Below, one piece after another: positions 12,860 through 25,989 of a DNA stretch of 64,000 nucleotides. The notes beneath the pieces are model-generated. The model made no database searches. It saw only the letters and a program-made list of their open reading frames with translations, and was not told the DNA's origin. Made by a program: the position numbers and the translations under genes. Within the stretch, counting starts at the first letter, position 1, and each line of letters begins with the position of its first letter. The DNA comes from Haliotis rubra (Eukaryota): contig NW_025767257.1 in NCBI RefSeq assembly GCF_003918875.1, positions 930,001 to 994,000 on the forward strand, read 5' to 3'.

Positions 12860-15800
12860 AGCGCACATCAAGTGTATAGTAGGTAGCAAGTATACAGTGG
12901 ACAGCAGGTACGCAGTACACGTCAAGTAGACAGTACACATCAAGTAGACAGTACACATCAAGTAGACAGTAAGTATACAGTACACATCAAGTAGACAGTA
13001 AGTATACAGTACACATCAAGTAGACAGCAAGTAGACAGTACACATCAAGTAGACAGCAAGTAGATAGTACACATCAAGTACCCATCACGTAGACAGTATA
13101 CATCAAGTAGACAGCAGGTATACAGTACACAGCAAGTAGACAGTACACAGCAAGTAGACGGCAAGAAGACAGTACACATCAAGTACACATCACGTAGACA
13201 GCACGTATACAGTGACCATCAGGTACACAGTCCATCTTAAGTAGACAGAAGAATGATGACAATTTTTTTTGTCAAGCAATTTTTAAGTGTCAACGACATA
13301 AGATTCTATGTAGAAACGTCGCCCCTCACAGAAGAAAGAAGTTGTATATATATGTATAATTTTTAAGTGACAACGACATAAGATTATATGTAGAAACGTC
13401 GCCACTCACAGAAGAAAGAAGTTGTATATATATAAAATTGTTATCATTCTTCGTCAACTCAACTTCTAAAATGCCCAACAAGGAAGTTAAGTAAACAGTG
13501 AGTACACATCAAGCATACATCAAGCATACAGTACACATGAAGTATACATCAAGTATACATCAAGTATACAGTACACAACAAGTGTACAGTACACACAAGT
13601 ATACAGTACAAACCAAGTATACAGTACACATCAAGTATACAGTACACATCAAGTATACAGTACACATCAAGTATACAGTACACATCAAGTATACAGTACA
13701 CATCAAGTATACAGTACACACCATGTACACATCAAGTATACAGTACACACCAAGTATACAGTACACACCAAGTATACAGTACACACCAAGTATACAGTAC
13801 ACATCAAGTATACAGTACACATCAAGTATACAGTACACACCAAGTATACAGTACACATCAAGTATACAGTACACATCAAGTATACAGTACACATCAAGTA
13901 TACAGTACACATCAAGTATACAGTACACATCAAGTATACAGTACACATCAAGTATACAGTACACATCAAGTATACAGTACACACCATCAAGTATACAGTA
14001 CACACATCAAGTATACAGTACACACCAAGTATACAGTACACACCAAGTACACATCAAGTATACAGTACACATCAAGTATACAGTACACATCAAGTATACA
14101 GTACACATCAAGTATACAGTACACATCAAGTATACAGTACACATCATGTATACAGCACACACATCAAGTATACAGTACACATCAAGTATACAGTACACAC
14201 CAAGTATACAGTACACATCAAGCATACAGTACACATCAAGTCCATGTGTCTCTCTCATGGTCCATCCGTGTCCATCTCTGTGTCCATCTGTGTTACAAGT
14301 GTCGTTATGGTGTCTCATGTGTCTGGTCCTGGTCTCTGGTCCTGGGGTCATGGTCCTGGTCTGTCAGGTCATCTGATTATAGGTGTGGTCCATCAGATTA
14401 TGGTGTACATCAGGTCTTGGTGCATCAGGTGTCTGATTGCCTGGGTGTGGGTGCATCAGATTATCTGGATTGCATCAAATTATACAGTCCATCAAATTAT
14501 GGGTCATCAAATTATACAGGTACAGTCAATTATACAGTGCACAAGGTGTGGTGCACATGGAATTAATACAATTTACACCATGGCACATCAGGTATACAGT
14601 GAAACCAAATTATACAGTTATAGGTGTGATTAGCACATCAAGGTGTCTGGTGATTACACATCAGGTACAAAGGGTGCATATACGGTACACATCAGAATTA
14701 TACGAGTGAACACATCGTAGTATTCAAAGGTCATACACCTGGGGTCATACAGTGCACACCAATGCACCAAATTATGCAGTGCATCAAGTTGTACGAGTGC
14801 ACACACATCAAGGTATACAGTACACATGTATTACAGTGCGCATCAATTATACAGTGCACATCAAATTATGCAGTACACATGCAGTATACAGTGTGACATC
14901 AAAGGTATACAGTACACATCAAATTATACGGGTACACATCAAATGTATGCACATCAGGTACAGTGCACCAAATTATGCAGGTACACATCAGAGTTTACAG
15001 GGGTTACTGCACCAGGTATGCAGTGCACATCAAAGTGTGGTACACATCATGTATACAGTACATCATACGTGTGCATCAGGGGTGTACAGTTACACACCAG
15101 GAGTATGCAGTACACATCAGGTGTGGGTGCATACGTGTACAGTACGCATCAAATTGTACCGGTACACACCAGAGTATGCAGTTACACATCAAATTATACG
15201 AGTGCACATCAAGTATGCAGTTGCACATCAGAGTATACAGTTGCACCATGTACGCATCAAAATTACACGTTACACTTCATATAGCAGTACACTCCATGTG
15301 TACTCCATCCATTCCCCTTCCATTATCCATTATCCATCCATGCCACCATTATTCCATTACCAGGTCAAGTACACTCCATTCCATATCCATTATACACCAT
15401 GCCTCCAGTATCCATTATTTATGTCCCTCCATTATGTTCCATCGGTCCACTCCATTCATCCATCCATTATTATTCCTCTCCATGCCTTCTCCATCCATTT
15501 ATTCCATTTCCATCCATCCATGTATCGGTCCATCCATTATATTACAATACCTATTATATTCCATTATAGTATCCAGTACATTCCATATTATATAGTACAT
15601 TATCCAGTATACAGTCCACATCCATTCTCTATCCATTTTCCATCCATATATTATTTTCGTAATACAGTACACATCAAGTATACAGTACACATCAAGTATA
15701 CAGTACACATCAAGTATACAGTACACATCAAGTATACAGTACACATCCAAGTATACAGTACACACATCAAGTGTATATAGGTTCAGTACACATCCAAGTA

Positions 15801-17835
15801 TACAGGTACACACCAATTATACAGTACACATCCAAGCATACAGTGTACACATCAGGTATACAGTGCACATCACATGTGGTACACATCAAGTATACAGTAC
15901 ACATCAAGCATACAGTACACATCAAGTATACAGTCAGCACATCAAGCATACAGTACACATCAAGTATACAGTACACATCAAGTATACAGTACACACCAAG
16001 TATACAGTACACATCAAGTATACAGTACACATCAAGTATACAGTACACACCATGTACACACCAAGTATACAGTACACATCAAGTATACAGTACACATCAA
16101 GTATACAGTACACATCAAGTATACAGTACACATCAAGTATACAGTACACATCAAGTATACAGTACACATCAAGTATACAGTACACACCAAGTATACAGTG
16201 CACATCAAGTATACAGTACACATCAAGTATACAGTACACATCAAGTATACAGTACACATCAAGTATACAGTACACATCAAGTATACAGTACACATCAAGT
16301 ATACAGTACACATCAAGTATACAGTACACACCATGTACACATCAAGTATACAGTACACATCAAGTATACAGTACACATCAAGTATACAGTACACATCAAG
16401 TATACAGTACACATCAAGTATACAGTACACACCAAGTATACAGTACACATCAAGTATACAGTACACATCAAGTATACAGTACACATCAAATACAGTATAC
16501 AGTACACATCAAGTATACAGTACACATCAAGTATACAGTACACATCAAGTATACAGTACACATCAAGTATACAGTACACATACCAAGTATACAGTACACA
16601 TCAAGTATACAGTACACATCAAGTATACAGTACACACATACAAGTATACAGTACACACCAGTATACATACAGTATACACATCAAGTATACAGTACACATC
16701 AAGTATACAGTACACACTGGCATACAGTACAGTACACCAAGCATACAGTACACACAAGTATAAGCATATGCAGTACATCCAAGTATACAGTACACATCAT
16801 CAGTATGCAGTACAGTACACATCAAGTATACAGTACACATCAAGTATACAGTACACATCAAGTATACAGTACACATCAAGTATACAGTACACAACACATC
16901 AAGTATACAGTACACATCAAGTATACAGTACACATCAAGTATACAGTACACATCAAGTATACAGTATACATCAAGTATACAGTACACATCAAGTATACAG
17001 TACACATCAAGTATACAGTACACATCAAGTATACAGTACACATCAAGTATACAGTACACACCATGTACACATCAAGTATACAGTACACACCAAGTATACA
17101 GTACACACCAAGTATACAGTACACACCAAGTATACAGTACACATCAAGTATACAGTACACATCAAGTATACAGTACACACCATGTACACATCAAGTATAC
17201 AGTACACACCAAGTATACAGTACACATCAAGTATACAGTACACATCAAGTATACAGTACACATCAAGTATACAGTACACATCAAGTATACAGTACACACC
17301 AAGTATACAGTACACATCAAGTATACAGTACACACCATGTACACACCAAGTATACAGTACACATCAAGTATACATCACATCAAGTATACAGTACACAAGC
17401 ATACAGTACACACAAGCATACAGTGCACACATACAGTACACACATCAAGTATACAGCAGTACATCAAGTATACAGTACACAGTATACAGTACACACCATG
17501 CATACAGTATACTGGCAATACTGTATAATCAAGCATACAGTACACATCAAGTGCACACATACAGTACACACAAGTATCAAGCATACAGCAACACACAAGC
17601 ATACAGTATACAGTACACAGCAATATATACAGTACACACATCAGTATACAGCACACAGCAAGTACACATCAAGTATACTACATACAGTACACACACCAAG
17701 TATACAGTACACACCAAGCATACAGTACACACCATGTATACAGTACACACACACCAAGCATACAGTACACACCATGTACACAGTACACACCAAGTCTACA
17801 GTACACACCATGTACACAGTACACACCAAGTACAT
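12860..17835. repeat. 18-bp minisatellite (atcaagtatacagtacac)n, interrupted at ~13245-13497 and scrambled at ~14240-15660
   Basis: The 18-nt period explains the HIKYTV / SSIQYT / YCILDV ORFs in all frames. Confidence 0.95.
13278..13434. repeat. 80-bp tandem duplication
   Basis: aatttttaagtg.caacgacataagatt...gttgtatatatat at 13278 and 13358. Confidence 0.9.
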
Positions 17836-18005
17836 CGTATCAAATATACTCAGGATATCAAATGTACAATGGATAAAGTATACGGAACACATCAGTTATA
17901 CATTGCACATCAACAATGTTCTTCTGGAAAACTCTGTATTTACATATTCTAACCCTTTTTACTGATACACATTACTTTAATACACATGCATTCATATATG
18001 TTGTT

Positions 18006-18238
18006 ACCCGTGAAGATCCGGGTCAGAATTGATCTTCAGTAACACATGCTTGTCGTAGGTGACTATCGGGATAGGATTGTCAGACTTGGTTGACACACGT
18101 CATCGTATCCCAATTGCGTAGATGGATGCTGATGCTGTTGATCACTGGATTATATGGCCCAGACTTGATTATTTACAGAGCGCTGCCATACGGCTGGAAT
18201 ATTGTTTAATGCGAGGTACAACTAAACTCAGTCACTCA
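18006..18238 (+). mobile_element. SINE-like family B (non-tRNA structured head, tail shared with family A)
   Basis: acccgtgaagatccgggt...catgcttgtcgta...ttgcgtagat.gatgct.atg...gctggaatattg...aactaaactcagtcactca. A homologous copy lies at 50665-50905 on the minus strand. Confidence 0.8.
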
Positions 18239-18469
18239 TATCTGCTGTAGTTATACACTTAACGACAAACACACTTATATTCAAAGGTTTTATTGTAAAA
18301 CGTTATAATAATACACCAGTATTCGCAACTTACGTAGAGATAAAAGTGATATCTTTTGTTTCGATCAACATTATAATTAAACATATGCATCCATATATTT
18401 TGTTGTGAAACACATTATAACATGCTGCAAATTCCTTACTTTCCTTATTAATCTGATCAAGTTAGAGGC

Positions 18470-21035
18470 TGCCACCACCACTTCTCCCCCACAACATTAA
18501 ACATCTATCCCTTACCCCTTACCTCCCTCAGCCACCTCTCCCTCACCCCTTCAAACATCTCTCCTCCCCCAACGACCACCTGTCTCTTACCTTGATACCT
18601 TTCAGCCACCTCTCCATCACCCCTTCAAACATCTCTCTCCCCCAACGACCACCTGTCCCTTACCGTGATCCCCATTCAGACTTCTCCCTCACCCACTTCA
18701 AACATCTCTCCCTCCCCAACGACCACCTGTCCCTTACATTGATCCCCCTTCAGCCACCTCTCCTGCACCCCTTCAAACATCTCTCCTCCCCCAACGACCA
18801 CCTGTCCCTTACCTTTGATACCCCTTCAGCCAACTCTCCCTCACCCCTTCAAACATCTCTCCCTCCCCAACGACTACCTGTCCCTTACCGTGATCCCCTT
18901 CAGCCACCTCTCCATCACCCCTTCAAACATCTCTCCCTCCCCCAACGACCACCTGTCCCTACCGTGATCCCCATTCAGACTTCTCTCCTCACCCCTTCAA
19001 ACATCTCTCCCCTCCCCAACGACCACCTGTCCCTTTACCTTGATACCCCCCTTCAGCCACCTGTCCTCACCCCTTCAAACATCTCTCTTCCCCAACGACC
19101 ACCTGTCCCTTACCTTGATACCCCTTCAGCCACCTCTCCCTCACCCCTTCAAACATCTCTCTCTCCCCAACGACCACCTGTCCCTTACCTTGATACCCCC
19201 AGCCACCTCTCCCTCACCCCTTCAAACATCCCTTCAACGACCATCTGTCCACCTTCAACTCCCTCACCCCTGTACTCCCTCCCCCAATGACCACCCTGTC
19301 AGCCACCTTCTACCCCTTCAGCCCCTCTCCCTCACCCCTTCAAACATCTCTCTCCCTCCCCCAACGACCACCTGTCCCTTTACCGTGATCCCCATTCAGC
19401 CACCTCTCCCTCACCCCCCTTCAAACATCTCCCTCCCCCAACGACCACCTGTCCCTTACCGTGATCCCCATTCAGACTTCTCCCTCACCCCTTCAAACAT
19501 CTCTCCCTCCCCCAACGACCACCTGTCCCCCACCTTGATACCCCTTCAGCCACCTCTCCCTCACCCCTTCAAACATCTCTCCCTCCCCAACGACCACCTG
19601 TCCCTTTACCTTTGATACCCATTCAGCCACCTCTCCCTCACCCCTTCAAACATCTCTCCCTCCCCAAATGACCACCTGTCCCTTACCTTGATCCCTCTTC
19701 AGCCACCTCTCCCCTCCCCTTCAAACATCTCTCTCTCCCCAACGACCACCTGTTCCTTACCTTGATCCCTCTTCAGCCACCTCTCCCTCACCCCCTTCAA
19801 ACATCTCTATCTCTCCCCAACGACCACCCGTCCCTTACCTTGATCCCCTTCAGCTACCTCTCCCTCACCCCTTTCCGACATCTCCTCTCTCCCAACGTCC
19901 ACCTGTCCGTTACCTTGATACCCTTTGAGCCACCTCTCATTCACCCCTTCAAACATCTCTCCCCTCCCCCAACGTCCACCTGTCCCTTACCTTGATACCC
20001 CTTCAGCCACCTCTCCCTCACCCCCTTCAAACATCTCTCCCTCCCCCAACGACCACCTGTCCCTTACCTTGATACCCCTTCAGCCACCTCTCCCTCACCC
20101 CTTCAAACATCTCTCCCTCCCCAACGACCACCTGTCCCTTACCTTGATACCCCTTCAGCCACCTCTCCCTCACCCCTTCAAACATCTCTCTCTCCCCCAA
20201 CGACCACCTGTCCCTTACCGTGATCCCCATTCAGCCACCTCTCCCTCACCCCCTTCAAACATCTCTCTCTCCCCAAACGACCACCTGTCCCTTACCTTGA
20301 TCCCCCTTCAGCCACCTCTCCCTCACCCCTTCAAACATCTCTCCCTCCCCAACGACCACCTGTCCCTTACCTTGATACCCCTTCAGCCACCTCTCCCTCA
20401 CCCCCTTCAAACATCTCTCCCTCCCCAAATGACCACCTGTCCCTTACCTTGATCCCCCTTCAGCCACCTCTCCCTCACCCCCTTCAAACATCTCTCTCTC
20501 CCCCAACGACCACCTGTCCCTTACCTTGATCCCTCTTCAGCCATCTCTCCCTCACCCCCTTCAAACATCTCTATCTCTCCCCAACGACCACCCGTCCCTT
20601 ACCTTGATCCCCTTCAGCTACCTCTCCCTCACCCCTTCCGACATCTCTCTCTCTCCCCAACGTCCACCTGTCCGTTACCTTGATACCCCTTCAGCCACCT
20701 CTCCCTCACCCCTTCAAACATCTCTCTCTCCCCAACGTCCACCTGTCCCTTACCTTGATACCCTTTGAGCCACCTCTCCTTCACCCCCTTCAAACATCTC
20801 TCCCTCCCCCGACGACCACCTGTCCCTTACCTTGATACCCCTTCAGCCATCTCTCCCTCACCCCCTTCCAGCATCTCTCTCTCCCCCGACGACCACCTGG
20901 CCCCCGTTCCACGAAACTGTCGTAGCGCTAAGATGATCGTAACTCCCATGCTTTAACATAGACTGTCGTAGTGCAACGGCCGCTTTGTGGAACGAGGCCC
21001 TGTCCCTTACCTTAATACCCATTCAGCCACCCAGC
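18470..21035. repeat. ~75-bp C-rich (G-rich on minus strand) minisatellite, ~31 copies
   Basis: Unit cagccacctctccctcaccccttcaaacatctctccctccccaacgaccacctgtcccttaccttgatacccctt (period 20081->20156). Confidence 0.95.
20900..20999. mobile_element. 100-bp PIF/Harbinger-type MITE
   Basis: Imperfect TIRs GCCCCCGTTCCACGAA / reverse-complement GGCCTCGTTCCACAAA. 3-bp CTG duplication (20897-20899, 21000-21002). Removing it restores the satellite unit gaccacctgtcccttacc. Confidence 0.75.
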
Positions 21036-22454
21036 TACATTTTACCCATACCTGCCAGCCTCTGTCTCAATGACTATATTTTGTTTCGTCCTCTACCTTC
21101 TTGTCATAAACAAGAACGCACCCTCTCCCAGTGGTGGAGTCGTGATAAGGCTAACACGCCGAGAGTAATTACTCCGCGTATCGATCTAGTCCTTCGTCTC
21201 CCAGTGCCAGCGTTCCTAGCATTAGTTGAGGCACTCTGTTTTCATTTGAGGATGTGCACACAGTGAGTAGGCGAGAGATACGCAGACATGGACATTTTAT
21301 CACTGGAGAAATCTCGATGTTTTCACCAGCAGCGCATGAATACTAAGTCGTGCTTGGGCTAAGGTCACGTTTTCAGGTCAGATTCATGCTACTTCCGCTG
21401 TGCGTCTCAGCGGCTCGCGTTGCGCTTTGGTAAAACCAACCGTATGTAAAGGTTGTTATGTGTTGTGTTTGAAATATACACCAGCTCTATCGAATGGATA
21501 TCAACGCTATCAATATGACTGGAATGGAGAATAAGAGCAATATACATAGTCCTTACACCTACTGACATTGAACGTTTATTTCAAACCGCAAGAAACTGAC
21601 ATCGATTGATTTTGACAGATATGTTGATATGAACACTGGAAATCAACCCATTGCTTATGTTCTAAATAATGCGACGCATCCTTGACTTTTATGTTTAAAA
21701 ACATAGACCTGATACCAGTCATGCCGCAGTGAATACATAGTCGTTCATATTGTTTGATAGTATCTGACGCAACATTTAGCTGATAGGAACTTCAAGTGTT
21801 ACACGGTTGAGCAACGGCTGTTATGTATTGTTGAATGACATGATGTAAGGACTGTCTGCATTCCTTGTAAGGTGGGTAATCGGTCGAAAGAGCAGTAATT
21901 TTGTAGTGGATAAACAAAGCCATCCGAAAAAGAATAACTTGATTGGTCGTTTAGTGAATAGTGGTGAATGACGGTGGTTTTCAATAGAAACAGATGAAGA
22001 CTTACTATGGAAATATGACACTGCTTTATTAAAAGTATTCTTTCAAACGTAGTCAGCAAGTGTGCCATCCAAGTCACATATAACGGTCCTAACTACGCAG
22101 ATTCCAGCGGAAGCTATATTGTGTGTCCCTGCTATCACGTTATCGTTCATACACTTGAATATCTGCAACAGATGTTTCTGTCACAAAGGGACAATTCAGA
22201 TTATGTGAATAATGGCATAAATCAGGTATCCTATCACAATATACATGTTTCCACCTGTGTATATGCTGGAGATCCACACAGACATGGTAACTCTTCCCCA
22301 GGGGATCTACAGGTATGTGTCAGGTCAACTCCTGACCAGAGAACTACGAGTATGTGATTGGCCTGATTCTAATCGGAGCTCTGTTTGTACGGTCTCATCT
22401 ACACCAGGTAGGGCGGCTACATTTTATGCGTAGAGTTCACATTCACGTTCACAT

Positions 22455-23240
22455 CAGTTTGAAGGTCTACACGTGTGTTTGTATGTGTCAAGTCTACTCC
22501 AGGTTCAATGTCTACAGGTGTGTCTGTATGTGTCACGTTTACACCAGGTTCAATGTCTACAGGTGTGTTTGTATGTGTCACATGTACACCAGGTTCAATG
22601 TCTACAGGTATGTCTGTATGTGTCACGTCTACTCCAGGTTGAAGGTCTACAGGTGTGTTTGTATGTGTCAAGTCTACTCCAGGTTCAATGTCTACAGGTG
22701 TGTTTGTATGGGTCACGTGTACACCAGGTTCAATGTCTACAGGTGTGTCTGTATGGGTCACGTCTACTCCAGGTTCAATGTCTACAGGTGTGTTTGTATG
22801 GGTCACGTCTACACCAGGTTCAATGTCTGCGGGCTTGTTTGTATGTGTCAAGTCTACTCCAGGTTCAATGTCTACAGGTGTGTTTGTATGGGTCACGTGT
22901 GCACCAGGTTCAATGTCTGCGGGTTTGTTTGTATGTGTCAAGTCTGCTCCAGGTTCAATGTCTACAGGTGTGTTTGTATGGGTCACGTCTACACCAGGTT
23001 CAATGTCTGCGGGTTTGTTTGTATGTGTCATGTCTACAACAGGTTGAAGGTCTACAGGTGTGTTTGTATGTGTCACGTTTGCACCAGGTTCAATGTCTGC
23101 AGGTGTGTTTGTATGGGTCACGTGTACACCAGGTTCAATGTTTACAGGTGTGTCTGTATGTGTCACGTGCACACCAGGTTAAAGGACTGCAGGTGTGTTT
23201 GTATGTGTCACGTTTACAGCAGGTTAAAGTTCTACATGTG
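22455..23240. repeat. 45-bp minisatellite, ~17 copies
   Basis: Unit caggttcaatgtctacaggtgtgtttgtatgtgtcacgtctacac. 15-aa periodic ORFs. Confidence 0.95.
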
Positions 23241-25989
23241 TGTCACATCTACACAAGACCCTCCAAGTATGAGGGTCGACAGAATTGTCGGATGCCTGTA
23301 CTTATGGTAACGCCCACAACGGACCTTGGTGAACAGAAAATGTGTATACATTAGGTGATGTGTCAATTATATCAGGGTGTCAACAGGTATGGTCATGGAT
23401 CACGTCTAAACAGAACCCAATATTTGTGATAAACGACACGTTTTTCACATCTACTTAGAGTTGAGTATCTCTAGGTGAGTGTCACGTCATAAATCAGAGG
23501 GTCTGCAGATCGCCACATACTCTCTAACGAGGACAATGTTCTAGAAAGATGATAATCCGAGGATGAGGTATGATTCCAGTTGTTGGAATACAACTAGTAT
23601 TATCGCATTGTGTATTCCACCTCAACAGTTAATCCTAATGACACAGATTTAATGTCCCAACAACATCTTAGACAGAACAGGAGAAACACGCCATGGCACA
23701 TGGCCAAGCAATTAGACCGAAATATTTAGACAACCATCACACCATTGAATCCTTGCCGCTGTGTGTCGCAGCCATGTGTATTATATAAGTGATACATACT
23801 CCAGCATGTTTCAAAGCTGAACCTATCAATGGCTAATTATGAACCGCCCATACGAAATGATTACTGCTTGCACATTTAAAGAGGTGTAAATATCTAATCT
23901 CGAGCACACATGTTATTATGTATGGGGATTTTTGAAGCATGAAATCCAGCAATGTTTATCGCATGGATCACCCGTACTTAGTGTATGTGATGATTACTCT
24001 CGCGAGTGCTTACAAGCACAATTAGTTACAGCATCCGCATGAAATACTCGTGTAATTATCAAACCGTGCAAGAAGGAAAGGAGTCGTGTATGTCCACAAA
24101 GCCATATTCATAACAAATCGATAGCACAGAACTAGTCATCTTTATCGAGAACCTGGTGTCTTCATACTCACGTGATGTAACGATCTGCTCATAAAAATCC
24201 CAAACCAGTAATTTGCATTTTTCCTAGACTCGACTCTTGTCTGGGAATATTGACGTAATATAAATCGTCCCATGCTGTGCCGAGAAGCATATATCGACCC
24301 AGCAAAAACGATACATGTTACGAATCATCTATTAAAATCGAAATAGTTATGTAAGTATAATGTAAATTTCAAAATACATGTGATTAATCAATGGTTTGCA
24401 TGCTATATACATTGTTTCAATATGACGACAAACGTAAACTATGATTTCCTGATTTCCTGACTATTTCCTGCGACTTTGAGCTGTTTATTTGGTATATTTA
24501 GATATTGTAACTCACTGGGCTAACTGAACTACATTGGAAAGGGTTTTTCCAAGAAAATTTGTAGATTTAATTTATGATTCAAAAGGATGAATACACAGTT
24601 TCATTGTGGTCTATATGCCCCATGGTTTCATAATGTGAGGAACGAGACACACTAGTAATTCATTAACTCTTCGGAACTCAACGACTATCCCACCATGCTG
24701 TGACGTACTACATCCGTACACTTGGAGTACGTACCTGCTGACCGTATGAATGTCTCTGTGTATCTATAGATGTACATCGACTATCCAGGTAAAGGCAATA
24801 TGAAACACTATTGAAGCAAGATATGACATGGAATGAACAGCAATACCATGTACGTGTGTTTTTGCCAGGATAGGTTTCGGATTAAACCATGCAGTCGTTT
24901 ATTTATAGTATATTAATAGACCCCATGTGATCGTACACTCCATACAACAGCATTACCTCCACGACATACCACACTCATCTGTTTAAGGGCCTTCCACCAG
25001 CCCAGTTGAGTAACTCGCTTTGCTTCTAAGCTGCTTTAAACATTCGCGTTTCAAAGTAATTCTCATACACGATTAGGGAAGACGAGCACCAAACAGATGC
25101 CCCTACTGTGGATAGGAGCATGCACTTCCGGTCTTACTGCAGGTATGCGGTATTCGTGTTGTGTGTAATTTACCACTAAGCCTACTGTTATGTAATTGGG
25201 ATTGGACGCCAGCGTTTAGGAATTGAGCGACGAGATTTTACCGAAGACAGTTCCTAGCTCTTAATGAAAGGAATGTGTATTCCGACAATATTATGAGATA
25301 TACGTCAAAGTCTGCTTCAGGCTAATTTGGATCTGGTATGCTTAATCATGGAGCTGCCATACTGAGTATCCCGATGGATGGTGTTTTAGAAGGAGCAGAA
25401 GCAGTATGGGATCGTCAATGCTTCACAGTGAAATGTACACTTGATGTCGTCAGTGCTCGGATACGTTTGTTCGTTCGTTCGTTCGCTCGAGTGTATCGCG
25501 AATGTACCTGAGAGTAAATGGGTATCTGATAGTATTCTAGCTAGTGCGTGACAACTGTTTGTTAATATAGCCTTTAGCTCAATCCCTGAACCATATTATT
25601 TTCCCTCCGGTCCAGCACTGCCTGCAAACGCTCTAAACGAAGCAAGTCTAGATTTTATCAGGAATTCACCATCTCACTGGGCCTAATTTTCAGTTTAAAT
25701 GAAGACTAAGCGTTAGTTTGGTGGTGATGCAAAATCAATACAACATCTCCGGCCTAAAGAAACACATAAAGTCTAAGTAAGTCCAGTTTGTGGAAATATA
25801 CCGCTCGGTGGCATTGTCACAAGACAATGCTCAGTACCACTGTCGCTATAGAGCAGTCTGAATAAATATACCGAATAGTATCACTGTAAAAATACCTGTC
25901 TGCAGAAATTTACCGCACGGTACTAGTGTAAAAATACCAGTTTGTAGAAATATATTATCACAGAGCCATTGTCACAGGAACAGTCTGCT

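Noticed and set aside
13498-17965. Long ORFs of 292-700 aa (HIKYTV / SSIQYT / HQVYST repeats)
   Set aside because: They are translations of an 18-bp stop-poor satellite, open in nearly all frames on both strands with frequent frame switches.
18592-20956. Pro/Ser/Leu-rich extensin- or mucin-like ORFs
   Set aside because: Result of a C-rich satellite; constant homopolymer indels break the frame.
22354-23354. Cys-rich 318/293-aa and acidic 251-aa ORFs
   Set aside because: A 45-bp satellite open in four frames at once; no frame is preferred.
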